DNA from: Akkermansia muciniphila | GTDB lineage: Bacteria > Verrucomicrobiota > Verrucomicrobiia > Limisphaerales > UBA9464 | Length of the DNA: 64,000 nt | Direction: 5' to 3' | NCBI GenBank assembly: GCA_945893185.1 | Contig: CAMDDW010000006.1 | Span: forward strand, 13,495-77,494 | In this document: positions 26,111 through 35,932 of the stretch, piece by piece | Layout: every line of letters begins with the position of its first letter | How positions within the stretch are numbered: position 1 is the first letter of the stretch | Made by a program: the position numbers and the translations under genes | The notes under the pieces: model-generated | Databases searched by the model: none | What the model saw: the letters and a program-made list of their open reading frames with translations, nothing else | Told to the model about the DNA's origin: nothing

Positions 26111-26944
26111 TTACTCCCGCGAGGCGTGAAGGTCGCACCAAAACTCGCGTCCATGGGAGGTCCAGTGCCGATAATGGCGGTGCCACAGGGCTTTGACCGC
26201 ATCACCGGACACCCATGTTCCCGTCAGGTTTGATCCAAAATCGCCTGAGGAACCGATCGGAAAATCACGTCCTGGAAACCGCCGGGACCGCTGCCCCAAC
26301 GTCCGGATCCGCTGATAACCCGCCAGTTTACGGATGAGGCGATAGGGCCACGCCCGATGCGCCGTCAGGATTCTTGGGAATTGCGCCGTCCAACCCAATG
26401 GCCCGGACCAATAGTCGATCGGAAGCAATGAACTTTGCTCCACTAGCATAAATCGTCGGTAGCCCAGCGCCTCACAAGCATCCACCAAGGCCACATCGGA
26501 GACCTCCACCGACAGGTAATCGGGCAAGCCTACTTCGCGGAGTCCATCGAGGCAGAAATGGTCAGCACTTTCGATGTCCACTTTGAGGTAGTGCGGAACC
26601 CCGTGTTGACGCAGTAGATCTCCAAAACGGAGGGCGGGCACTGTCACCTTCCGATGCCGATGGCCGCCGCGAGCCGCGCTGGCCACGTCGAGTGCACTCC
26701 ATTCCGGATGATCTTCGTTGATCCAGAACTCCACTTCACCAGGTTCTCCCGCCACGGCCACGTTCTGAATCACCAACCGGCCATCGCGAACGGCTTCTGG
26801 AAAACGGGCCGCTACTTGACCACAGAAAGCCTCGTTGGCCTCAACGGCAACGACTCTGAAACCGCATTCGAGATAGAATCCCGCGTCGTCACCATTGTTC
26901 ATCCCCACATCAAAGATGAGGTCCGGAGTGGGTGACGTGTTCAT
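26111..26944 (-). CDS. FkbM family SAM-dependent methyltransferase
   Basis: Internal ATG at 26944 (MNTSPTPDLIFDVGMNNGDDAGFYLECGFRVVAVEAN...). This is the FkbM-type N-terminal SAM-binding motif, and LKVDIESAD is also present. Confidence 0.8.
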   Translation of the reverse strand: MNTSPTPDLIFDVGMNNGDDAGFYLECGFRVVAVEANEAFCGQVAARFPEAVRDGRLVIQNVAVAGEPGEVEFWINEDHPEWSALDVASAARGGHRHRKVTVPALRFGDLLRQHGVPHYLKVDIESADHFCLDGLREVGLPDYLSVEVSDVALVDACEALGYRRFMLVEQSSLLPIDYWSGPLGWTAQFPRILTAHRAWPYRLIRKLAGYQRIRTLGQRSRRFPGRDFPIGSSGDFGSNLTGTWVSGDAVKALWHRHYRHWTSHGREFWCDLHASRE

Positions 26945-27398
26945 TGGGGGAAAAGCTAATGACGCCCGCGCTTGGAGAACAGATTTTTGGTAAGAGCACC
27001 GGGCTCCACGAATCGAACCTCGGAAACCAGATCGTAAATCGGCGAAGGGGCGATTGATTGAGCCCCAGATCAACTCGCAGTCCCGATTTCCCACCGGCAC
27101 GAAAAGCGACAATCAGCCATCAAGTCTATTTAACGCACCGTTATCCACCATTTGTTCGAATCCATACTTATCAGCGTCAAAATTTTCCTAGTACTGCGAC
27201 CTCCCTTGACTTGAAGCGCACCGGCTGAAGTCTCGTCATCGAAGGTTCACGAAATCGTAACGGTTCACCTAATCGCTTTTTAAACTTCCGGCATCGCCTG
27301 GTTGGCGAATCGTCAGAAACAAAAGCGTTTTGGGGTAGAACGGGGTCCATCGGCTACTAACCCGGCCGGCGGTATCTGAAGCAAACCTTGTAACAACC

Positions 27399-30300
27399 AT
27401 GAAACGCCAAATCCTAAAACTGACGGGAATGCTAGCGCTGATCTCCAGCGCGGCGCCGACCTTGACTGCGGACTACGCATCAACGGTCTCCAACCTCAAG
27501 CCGGTCGCCTTCTGGCGCCTGAATGAGACCACGCAACCTCCCGCTGCTGACGTAGCGGTGAACGCCGGTTCCCTGGGCAACGCTGCCGTGGGTTACTATC
27601 TGGGGACAGCCCAGCACCCGGTTCCGGGCGCACTCAATGGCCGCACCGACAGCGCCGTGGGCTTCGATGCCACCGCCAACTCGGTGACCATGGTACCCTA
27701 CATGCCGGAAATGAATCCCAAGGCCCCCTTCACGGTGGAAGCCTGGCTGAGCCCGAATATCGAGCACGCTGTGGGATCCGGAACCCTGACTTGCGCCATC
27801 TCTAGCGGCCAATTTGCCGCCCCCCGCACCGGTTGGTTGATCTACCAATCTGAGAGCGGTTGGAACCTCCGCATGTACAATAGCAATGGAACCGCCACCT
27901 CGGTGAACATCAGTGGTGGAACGGCTCCCGTGTCCGGCATGTGGTACCACGTGGCGGCGGTTTACGACGGTGCGACCGCCAAGTTGTTCGTTAATGGCGC
28001 CAAGGCGGCTGAAGCAGCCCAAACCAGCTATGTGCCAGGCCAATCGGGCGGTTTCGCTATTGGCGGCCGCGCGGACGGTTCATTCTGGTGGAATGGTTCC
28101 GCCGATGAAGTGGCTCTCTACAGCAAAGCCCTGACCGCTGAAGAAGTGTCCGCTCACTACGCCAACGGCACCGCCACCAGCCCGAGTGCCACCTACCAGA
28201 GCCTCGTTCTGGCCCAGGCTCCCATTGCCTACTACCGACTGAACGAAGGAGCCTACACCGCTCCGGCCAGTGTGCCTCCGGCCGCCAACACCGGAACGGC
28301 GGGCGCTTCCATCGCCGGTTCGTACAACCCAGGCATGAAGGCGGGCGCAGATGGCCCGAAGCCGCCGATTTACACCGGGCTCGAAGCCTCCAACGTCGGT
28401 GGCGGGTTCAATGGTGCGGCCGGCTACGTCGGCACTCCGTTCCAGATGAATGACCTGACCGAATTCACCATGATGGGCTGGGTCCAGCGCAGCGCCATCA
28501 AGAGCGGTCGTGGCGGCTACTTCGGCCAGAACGACCTGCTCGAGTTCGGCGACGCTGATGGCGGTGCCAACATCGAGCTGTGGGTCAACGCCCGGGGCGG
28601 CAACATCAAGGCTGCTTATCCCTTCAAGGACAACGATTGGGGGCACTTCGCCGTCATCGGCAGCGCCACCTCCACCGTCCTGTATGCCAACGGCAAAGAA
28701 ATCGGCCGACTGAGCGGAACGGTGGCCAGCTATGGCACCAGCAGCTTCAACTTCAACATCGGTGGCGGCGGGATCTTCAACAGCGCCGGCGACTACTTCA
28801 AAGGCAACATCGATGAAGTGGCGGTTTTCGATAAGGCGCTGAGTGCGGCCGACATCCAGTCGATCTACTTCTCGGCCAATGTGGCTCCGACCATCACCCA
28901 GCAACCGACCCTCCCGAGCCGCACCCTCTATGCGGGTTACTCGGTCAGCTTGACGGCTGCCGCCAGTGGCACCCCGCCGTTGACCTACCAGTGGCGCAAG
29001 AACGGCCAGAATCTGGCCGGCAAGACCTCCACCACCCTGTCGCTGATCGGCGTGACCGCAGCAGATGCAGGCGCCTATGACATCGTGGTGACGAGCACCT
29101 ACGGCTCCACCAGCAGCACCCCGGTCGCCCTAGTGGTGACGCCTGCCGACGCGGTGGCTCCGACGCTCCAGTATGCCGCGGGCTTTTCCAGCTTCGACAA
29201 GGTGCGGATATGGTTCTCGGAACCCTTGGATCCGACGACCGCTCAGTTGGCGGCCAACTACAAGATCGAAGGTCTTACCGTCACCGGGGCTGCCTTGAAG
29301 GCCCCGGCGGGCAGTATCGGCGACAACATCGTCGAACTAACGACCTCCAAGCAGACCGCCGGTCAGAGCTACAAGATCACGGTCACTGGCGTGAAGGATC
29401 AGATGCTTCCCGCCACCGCGATCGCCGCAAACTCGACGATCACCTTTGGCTCCTGGCAACTGGCTTCCGGCGCGCTGCGCTTCGAGCACTACGACAACCT
29501 CGCGACTGCCAGTGACGCCGCCATCACGGCCGCTCTCGATGACCCCCGCGTGATCGCCGGCACCCCAACGACGCTTGGAACCATCACCGGTCGCTTCGAC
29601 ACCCGCACGGTGTTCCCGGATGACAGCCATGAAAACTACATGGCCCGGATCAGCGGCTTCATCACCCCGACCGAGACGGGCGACTACTACTTCTTCGTGG
29701 CCTCCGATGACGCTTCCCGCGTTTATCTCAGCGCGAATGAAACGATGCCCAACCCGGCCACGGACACGCCCATCGTCAATGAGATGGGCTGCTGTAAAGG
29801 ATTCCTGGAACCCGAATCGGGATCAACGCAAACCACGGCCGCCCCGATCAACCTGCAGGCCGGCAAGAAGTACGCGATCCTGACGCTGCTCAAGGAAGGT
29901 GGCGGCGGCGACTGGCTCAAGGTGGCTTGGCGCAAGTCCACCGATACCACTGCGTCGGCCGCATTGGCCCCCATCGATGGCAAGTACCTGTCCACCTACG
30001 TGGATCCGAATGCCGAAGTGGAATTTACCAAGCAGCCGACCAATCAGGAGGGCGCCCTCTCCACGACCGCGGTGACGTTCCTGACCCAGGCCTTCACCTC
30101 CAGCGACGGTGGTTTCACGGTCACCAACACCACCCCAGAGCCTCCGGGCCCCTGGGTGTATGACCCGGCCAATGGCGTTTGGTCGGCCGACGGTTCCGTG
30201 GACGGCTGCGGCGGCCCCTACAACTCCCGCCTGAATTCGGCGACCTACACGGTGCCGGAGTCCCTGGCCGTGACCCTAAACTTCTCGCACCGCTATTCCT

Positions 30301-31037
30301 TCGAGGGAGACCTCTGGGACGGCGGCCAAGTGCTCGTCAGCATCAACGGTGGGGCCTTTACTGCGGTTTCAGCCGATAATTTCACAGCCAATGGCTATGC
30401 TCCCGGAGTTATCCAAGGCAGCGGCGTCCTCAAGGGCCTGCGCGCCTTCAATGCCGATTCCGCGGGCTATGCGGCTGGCAGCTTCATCACCAGCTCCGCG
30501 ATCCTTGGCACATTCACCAAGGGTGACAAAATCGTGGTCCAGTTCCTGGGCGGCTGGGATGACTGCTCCAAGGGCAGCACCCCCAGCTGGCAGATCAAGG
30601 AAGTGAAGCTGGCTGTCAGCTCGCCGCCCACCGCGGTGACCTTCGACGGCACCGCCAAGGTGACACGCCAGGGTGTAGCCACCTCGTTCAGCTACCAATG
30701 GCAGCGCAACGACGGCTCGGGCTTCGTCGACATCGCCAACGCGACCGGCACCTCGTACCGGTTCTTCCCGACCACCCCCTCGGACATTTCCGCCACCTAC
30801 CGTATGATGGCGGGTGTCCCGGGCAAGATGGTCTCCAGCGCCGACGTGAAGGTCACTCCTCCGCGCCCGACGCTCTCGCTCAGCCGCACCGCCGACGTGA
30901 TCACGGTTACCTTCACGGGCAGCCTGCAGTCGTCCACCTCGCTCACCGGACCGTTCTCCAACGTGACCGGCGCGACGAGCCCCTACGCGGTGCCCGCCCC
31001 AACCGGCGGCAGCTTGTTCTTCCGCAGCATCAAGTGA
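27399..31037 (+). CDS. giant secreted protein with two LamG (concanavalin-like) domains, Ig-like domains and a PA14-like domain
   Basis: 1212 aa with a signal peptide. LamG signatures: FTVEAWL...WYHVAAVYDGATAKLFVNG...DEVALYSKALTAEEV, and a second copy with GNIDEVAVFDKALSAADI. Ig-like: PPLTYQWRKNGQNLAG...DAGAYDIVV. PA14-like: ENYMARISGFITPTETGDYYFFVASDDASRVYL. Confidence 0.85.
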   Translation: MKRQILKLTGMLALISSAAPTLTADYASTVSNLKPVAFWRLNETTQPPAADVAVNAGSLGNAAVGYYLGTAQHPVPGALNGRTDSAVGFDATANSVTMVPYMPEMNPKAPFTVEAWLSPNIEHAVGSGTLTCAISSGQFAAPRTGWLIYQSESGWNLRMYNSNGTATSVNISGGTAPVSGMWYHVAAVYDGATAKLFVNGAKAAEAAQTSYVPGQSGGFAIGGRADGSFWWNGSADEVALYSKALTAEEVSAHYANGTATSPSATYQSLVLAQAPIAYYRLNEGAYTAPASVPPAANTGTAGASIAGSYNPGMKAGADGPKPPIYTGLEASNVGGGFNGAAGYVGTPFQMNDLTEFTMMGWVQRSAIKSGRGGYFGQNDLLEFGDADGGANIELWVNARGGNIKAAYPFKDNDWGHFAVIGSATSTVLYANGKEIGRLSGTVASYGTSSFNFNIGGGGIFNSAGDYFKGNIDEVAVFDKALSAADIQSIYFSANVAPTITQQPTLPSRTLYAGYSVSLTAAASGTPPLTYQWRKNGQNLAGKTSTTLSLIGVTAADAGAYDIVVTSTYGSTSSTPVALVVTPADAVAPTLQYAAGFSSFDKVRIWFSEPLDPTTAQLAANYKIEGLTVTGAALKAPAGSIGDNIVELTTSKQTAGQSYKITVTGVKDQMLPATAIAANSTITFGSWQLASGALRFEHYDNLATASDAAITAALDDPRVIAGTPTTLGTITGRFDTRTVFPDDSHENYMARISGFITPTETGDYYFFVASDDASRVYLSANETMPNPATDTPIVNEMGCCKGFLEPESGSTQTTAAPINLQAGKKYAILTLLKEGGGGDWLKVAWRKSTDTTASAALAPIDGKYLSTYVDPNAEVEFTKQPTNQEGALSTTAVTFLTQAFTSSDGGFTVTNTTPEPPGPWVYDPANGVWSADGSVDGCGGPYNSRLNSATYTVPESLAVTLNFSHRYSFEGDLWDGGQVLVSINGGAFTAVSADNFTANGYAPGVIQGSGVLKGLRAFNADSAGYAAGSFITSSAILGTFTKGDKIVVQFLGGWDDCSKGSTPSWQIKEVKLAVSSPPTAVTFDGTAKVTRQGVATSFSYQWQRNDGSGFVDIANATGTSYRFFPTTPSDISATYRMMAGVPGKMVSSADVKVTPPRPTLSLSRTADVITVTFTGSLQSSTSLTGPFSNVTGATSPYAVPAPTGGSLFFRSIK

Positions 31038-31060
31038 TCTAGCGGAAACGGTTTCTTACA

Positions 31061-31092
31061 GCCCGGGAAGGTTCGCCTTCCCGGGCTTTTTT
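31061..31092 (+). terminator. rho-independent terminator
   Basis: 11-bp perfect stem gcccgggaagg / ccttcccgggc, loop ttcg, followed by tttttt. It lies 24 nt after the stop of the LamG gene. Confidence 0.85.
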
Positions 31093-31297
31093 GTCGCGGA
31101 TCTCGGACCCCGCACACGTTCCCTCAGGCTGAAGCGCTTCTGCAGAACCACACGACTCCGATGAGACCGGCCTCGATCCGCCGGGAGCCGGGGGAGGCCC
31201 CAAGCTTGGAAGCCTCATTCCCAAGCCCACCGATACCTCAACCTGTGGACTCCGAGTTGCCGACCGGATCCGGTGAAGCCACTCTAGGGGCCAAGTC

Positions 31298-31948
31298 ATG
31301 ACGACCCTATCCTCTGAGCAACTCCTCGGTGCCCTGAATTGGCGCTACGCCACCAAGAAATTCAACGCAGCGGCCCCCATATCCGCCGACCTCTGGAAAA
31401 CCCTAGAAACAGCCCTCGTTCTGGCTCCTTCCAGCTTCGGCCTGCAGCCATGGAAATTTGTGGTGGTCACCGATCCCCAGGTTAAAGCCCAGCTGGTGCC
31501 CCATTCTTGGGGACAATCCCAACCGGCCGACTGCTCTCACATGGTGGTTTTTGCGGTCAAGACCGCTCTAGATCAGGGCCATGTAGATCAATTTCTGGCC
31601 CGTCAAATCGAAGTCCGCGGCGGATCGATGGAGGCCTTGGCCGGCTACCGCGGCATGATGCTGGGAAGCCTTCAGAAAGCGGCCGATGCGGGCTACCTCG
31701 ACGTCTGGCAAACCCATCAGGTGTACATCGCGCTGGGGCAGTTCATGACGGCGGCGGCCTTGCTGGCGGTCGATACCTGCCCGATGGAAGGCATCGCTCC
31801 GGTGGAATATGACCGGATCTTGGGGCTCACCGGTTCCGGCTACAAAACCGTGGTCGCCTGCGCCGCCGGTTACCGCGCGGATGACGACAAGTATGCGTCC
31901 CAGAAGAAGGTCCGCTTTCCCGCCTCCGAGGTGGTGAAGCACGTCTGA
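31298..31948 (+). CDS. nitroreductase family NAD(P)H-dependent oxidoreductase
   Basis: 216 aa. The N-terminal LNWRYATKKF...APSSFGLQPWKFVVV motif is typical of NfsB/FRase-like nitroreductases. Confidence 0.85.
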   Translation: MTTLSSEQLLGALNWRYATKKFNAAAPISADLWKTLETALVLAPSSFGLQPWKFVVVTDPQVKAQLVPHSWGQSQPADCSHMVVFAVKTALDQGHVDQFLARQIEVRGGSMEALAGYRGMMLGSLQKAADAGYLDVWQTHQVYIALGQFMTAAALLAVDTCPMEGIAPVEYDRILGLTGSGYKTVVACAAGYRADDDKYASQKKVRFPASEVVKHV

Positions 31949-31966
31949 GTGTCGACCGGGCAAAGC

Positions 31967-32000
31967 CGGTGACCCTCCGCCCCGCGCCGGAAGGTCACCG
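31967..32000. terminator. GC-rich hairpin between convergent genes (possible bidirectional terminator, no U-tract)
   Basis: Arms cggtgaccctccg (31967-31979) and cggaaggtcaccg (31988-32000) pair at 12 of 13 positions around an 8-nt loop. Confidence 0.4.
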
Positions 32001-32154
32001 CTGCGGCTCTGGCTTGGCCCGCACCCACCAACCTTCCTGCGCCCTTTCTTGTCCGTCTCGCCCCTCTGGACCGCATTGAGCGATGGAGTGCCCTGGCCCG
32101 TCAGCAGCGGCTCAGTTCTCAGCAGCAAACTCAAACACCGTCGACCGAGGGAAA

Positions 32155-33213
32155 TCACGGCTGGCGACGACGGGGGCGACTTGAGCTCTCTCTGTCGGCA
32201 CCACCGCCTTTTCCGGAGGGTAACGAGTAAGTCTCCGAAGCGGTTTGACCGTCCCCATCGGCCCAATCAAAGGTCACGGTCTGGTTGGTGTTCAGGCGGT
32301 ATCGAAGGTGATGGGTCTGGGTGGCGGTCTTCACCTCGAGATGGAAGTGGTTCGACGCGACTCGATCAAATCCCGTGATCCGGGCTCCGCGCCACGGCTG
32401 CAGCGCCGGCCGCACCGGCTCGGCCCGGGGTTGCGGGTCCACCTGTCCCTCTCGCTCAACCACCTCGCCGTGGAATCCGCCGTTGAGGTACGGATACTTC
32501 CGGGTGGCATGGTAATGGTAGCCCAGGGCCGGCGTGCTGTGGCCGTTGAAGGCATCCAGCGATCCCACCAGGGACCCATCCGGTTCGGTGAAGCCGTAAA
32601 TCCAATAGCCGTCGAGGGCAACGGCAATGGGCTGCCCCGGACCCACCCGCTCCTGCAAGTGGGTTGGAGCGATGTGGTAATGATAATCGTCGGCGCGGCC
32701 GCAATGTCCGCCGAATTCGTCGAGTTCGCCGGCCAGGAAGGTGTCGGTGCGGCCGTCGTTCTTGATCGGATTAAAAATCGGCACGCCGTTGACCGCCATC
32801 GCGATGGCCCCGCGAAAGAAATGATCCTTGGCCGACAAGGGCTGGGTGGCCGGCACCGGAAACCGCGGAATCCTCCAAGCATTGGCTCCCACATAAGGCT
32901 GCGGCAGCGGCACCTGCTGTTGCCAGGCGGTGATGCCCACCATCATGCGGTGATCGGGCATGCCATCGCTCTCCACGATCCAATGGGTGGCGTTGGTGGT
33001 GGCCCGCACCTTCGGTCCGAACCGGCTAAACAAGCTCAAACGTTGAGCCGCCGCATCGGCTACTTTGAGGGGCAATCGAGCCGGACGGGGAGAGCTGTTT
33101 AGTGGACGCACGTCCCCGTGGAGGGGCTCGACATCGGAAAGGTCATGAGCCCAGAGGTCTGTTCCACCGACCAGCAGGGTCAGCAACGCAGTGAGGCAAT
33201 GGAGTGGTTTCAT
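32155..33213 (-). CDS. secreted YHYH-motif protein
   Basis: Internal ATG at 33213 gives the signal peptide MKPLHCLTALLTLLVGG. Two YHYH motifs are present (GRADDYHYHIAP and ALGYHYHATRKYPY). Confidence 0.8.
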   Translation of the reverse strand: MKPLHCLTALLTLLVGGTDLWAHDLSDVEPLHGDVRPLNSSPRPARLPLKVADAAAQRLSLFSRFGPKVRATTNATHWIVESDGMPDHRMMVGITAWQQQVPLPQPYVGANAWRIPRFPVPATQPLSAKDHFFRGAIAMAVNGVPIFNPIKNDGRTDTFLAGELDEFGGHCGRADDYHYHIAPTHLQERVGPGQPIAVALDGYWIYGFTEPDGSLVGSLDAFNGHSTPALGYHYHATRKYPYLNGGFHGEVVEREGQVDPQPRAEPVRPALQPWRGARITGFDRVASNHFHLEVKTATQTHHLRYRLNTNQTVTFDWADGDGQTASETYSLPSGKGGGADRESSSRPRRRQP

Positions 33214-33605
33214 GGAGAACAAAACGAAGCAGGTTCGGCAACGACGCGGAAGAATCTCATTCAATGCAACATCGCGGATCCCTTGTTCTTTCCGATCAGG
33301 CAGGAAGTCCGGAAAATCGCCGATTCCTCTCAAATCTTTTTCTGAGGATGTTCGAGCTGTCGAGGCGATACACGGTGTTAGAATTCCTGCCCAGTTCGAC
33401 GTTCAACCCATGCCAGATTCTCGATAAAGGGAGTGGTGATCCCCGCCCTGGATGCCGACTGAGTCATTCCCGATATCCGACCGGAAGCCAATCCTCATCC
33501 CAACGGCGCAGCCCATGATGAACGCGGAAGTTGTGCCGTATTTTTCGTGCCCCACACTTCTGCGTGGCAAGACCCCCAAGACCACCGCCACCATCCTCTC
33601 CAAGA

Positions 33606-34862
33606 ATGCGTGGACACGTGGCCATTGTGGGGGGCGGAGTCATCGGGCTGAGCACGGCCTATTACTGTGCCAAGGCCGGTTACTCGGTGACGGTCATCGA
33701 TCGAAATCCGCCGGCCCGCAATGGCTGCTCCTTCGGCAACGCTGGCATGGTGGTGCCCAGCCATTTCATCCCGTTGGCCGCGCCAGGCATGGTGGCCTTA
33801 GGCCTCAAGTGGATGTGGAATCCAGAGTCCCCATTCTACATCCGCCCCCGCTTCGACCCGCAACTCTTCGAGTGGGGATGGCGTTTCTGGCGAGCCAGCA
33901 CGGCCGCACGGGTCCAGAAGGCCGCGCCGCTGCTGCGGGACATCAGCATGGCCAGCAGGGCGGCTTTCGAAGAATTGGCGGCCCTACCCCACTTCGACTT
34001 CGGCCTCGTGAAAAAGGGCCTGCTCATGCTGTGCCGCAGCCAGCACGCCCTCGACGAAGAAGCCCACACCGCGACCCAAGCACGCGCTTTGGGTATCCCA
34101 GCCGATGTCCTCGATGCCCGGCAAACTGCGGCTCTGGACCCAGCCATCACGATGACTGTGGCCGGATCGGTCCACTTCCCGCAGGACTGTCACCTAAGCC
34201 CCGACCGCTTCATGGCCGGCCTGCAACACGAACTCGAACGACTCGGGTGCCGCTTCCGTTGGAAGGCCGAAGTGCGCGGATGGCAAACCGAACACGGTCG
34301 GGTTCGGGCGGCCTGGGTCGACGGAGAAGCCCTAGAGGCCGATGAATTTGTGCTGTGCGGTGGATCTTGGTCACCCCAGACGACTGCCCAACTGGGGCTC
34401 AATTTGCCCATCCAGGCGGGCAAGGGCTACAGCCTGACCCTCCGAAACCCCCGAGAATTGCCGAACCTTTGTTCCATTTTCACCGAAGCCCGGGTGGCCA
34501 TTACCCCCATGAACGGCCAGCTTCGCTTTGGGGGAACCATGGAAATTGGAGGCCTCAACGACACCATCAACCCGGTCCGGGTTAGGGGCATTATCAAGTC
34601 GGTGCAGAAGTATTTTCCGCGATTCGAAGAAAGTGATTTCGAAGGAGTCGAACCGTGGTTCGGCCTCCGACCAGTGCCTCCGGATGGGCTCCCCTACATC
34701 GGTCGAACAAAGCGACTGGCCAATCTCTCCCTAGCCACCGGACACGGCATGATGGGTATTAGCTTGGCTCCCATCACGGGCCAACTCATCGCTGACACAC
34801 TCACCGGGGCTCGGCCTCGCTTCGACCTATCGCTCCTCTCACCCGATCGGCATTCCGGATGA
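33606..34862 (+). CDS. FAD-dependent oxidoreductase, D-amino-acid dehydrogenase (DadA)-like
   Basis: Internal ATG at 33606: MRGHVAIVGGGVIGLSTAYYCAKAGYSVTVIDRN (Rossmann GxGxxG). The length and C-terminal GHGMMGISLAP are typical of the DAO family. Confidence 0.85.
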   Translation: MRGHVAIVGGGVIGLSTAYYCAKAGYSVTVIDRNPPARNGCSFGNAGMVVPSHFIPLAAPGMVALGLKWMWNPESPFYIRPRFDPQLFEWGWRFWRASTAARVQKAAPLLRDISMASRAAFEELAALPHFDFGLVKKGLLMLCRSQHALDEEAHTATQARALGIPADVLDARQTAALDPAITMTVAGSVHFPQDCHLSPDRFMAGLQHELERLGCRFRWKAEVRGWQTEHGRVRAAWVDGEALEADEFVLCGGSWSPQTTAQLGLNLPIQAGKGYSLTLRNPRELPNLCSIFTEARVAITPMNGQLRFGGTMEIGGLNDTINPVRVRGIIKSVQKYFPRFEESDFEGVEPWFGLRPVPPDGLPYIGRTKRLANLSLATGHGMMGISLAPITGQLIADTLTGARPRFDLSLLSPDRHSG

Positions 34863-34940
34863 GGTTTTTGGACGAGGGTTTTTGAACGATGGGGCTGGAG
34901 AAGTGGATCGAATCGGTGGATTAGATGAGGCGAAGCGGAT

Positions 34941-34988
34941 GGGTTAAAAACACGATGGGTTAAAAACACGATCGGTTAAAAAAAGACG
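34941..34988. repeat. 16-bp tandem repeat (2 perfect copies + 1 degenerate)
   Basis: gggttaaaaacacgat at 34941-34956 and at 34957-34972, then the degenerate cggttaaaaaaagacg at 34973-34988. Confidence 0.75.
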
Positions 34989-35014
34989 GGGGCCGGCCTT
35001 TTGAGCCGACCCCC
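34978..35014 (-). terminator. rho-independent terminator acting on the minus strand
   Basis: The hairpin 34988-35014 (gggggccggc / gccgaccccc, 9 of 10 pairs, 7-nt loop) is followed on the minus strand by a 7-T run (plus-strand A-run 34978-34984). Confidence 0.65.
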
Positions 35015-35221
35015 AAGTGACGGAAGCAATTACGCCTTCACTCCAGGCGCTAAAACCACGACGAGGCAAACACCCAACCCCTACCCGCAAGCCCCGCCGT
35101 CAGCACGCTTCCTCTGCCAACCCTTAGCGGATAGTTACCAACCACCTACTCCGACTCGGAAACTTCCGGATTGCTCAAAGTATTTTAAGAAATCTCGGCC
35201 GGAGCCTAAAGCCCTGGAAAA

Positions 35222-35860
35222 TCACGGAGCAGCCGGCTCAGAGATCCTCAACATAACCTCATTCCGCCGGAGAACCGAGGGGGTCCACGGCGGGTCGAAG
35301 TAGCCATACACCGGCATAGCATCGACGACCGAAAGCCCCCGAGCCGCCAGCCAGGCCTGCAATTCACCCAGAACTGCCACCTCCCGCTCGGAGGACCGGG
35401 TTCCGCGGAACCGATAAATAGCAAACCGGCCGGCCGAAACCTCCCTTCGGCGCAAGGCCCCATCGTTGGGCACAGGCACGGACGTCGCCGCCATCGCCTT
35501 GGGCATGACGAAGGCCATCACCCGTTGAGACGCCGGGTCGGCGGTCGGAGACCCAGCCATGTAGACCGGTGTGGTCATGGCGATTTTTTGCTGGGACTGA
35601 TTACGCCCGGTGATGAATCCGAACAATCGACCGAAACTGCCGTCTGAATCGCCATTTCCTGACCCCATGGTGGTCTCCACCCATTGCATCGTGGGATACT
35701 CCCGAATCTGGAACGCCCCATCGGACTCCAGCACCCGGTACGGAGCGGTTTCATATCCGGCCCGGATCACCTGACAACCTCCGGCCGCCACCAAGATCAC
35801 CGCCAACAGCGCCGCCGAAGAAAGAGCAATCCATTGGGTCTTCATTGATCTGATCTTCAA
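35222..35860 (-). CDS. SOUL heme-binding family lipoprotein
   Basis: 212 aa. Lipobox LVAAGGC. SOUL/HBP-like blocks: YETAPYRVLESDGAFQIREY, KIAMTTPV, FVMP, GRFAIYRFRG, YGYFDPPWTP. Confidence 0.8.
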   Translation of the reverse strand: MKIRSMKTQWIALSSAALLAVILVAAGGCQVIRAGYETAPYRVLESDGAFQIREYPTMQWVETTMGSGNGDSDGSFGRLFGFITGRNQSQQKIAMTTPVYMAGSPTADPASQRVMAFVMPKAMAATSVPVPNDGALRRREVSAGRFAIYRFRGTRSSEREVAVLGELQAWLAARGLSVVDAMPVYGYFDPPWTPSVLRRNEVMLRISEPAAP

Positions 35861-35932
35861 CCGGGATCGGTCAAACGCAACTGCGACGTGGTCCGTTACG
35901 CCCTCTCCCTAACGGCCGCGAGCAGGGCCGAA

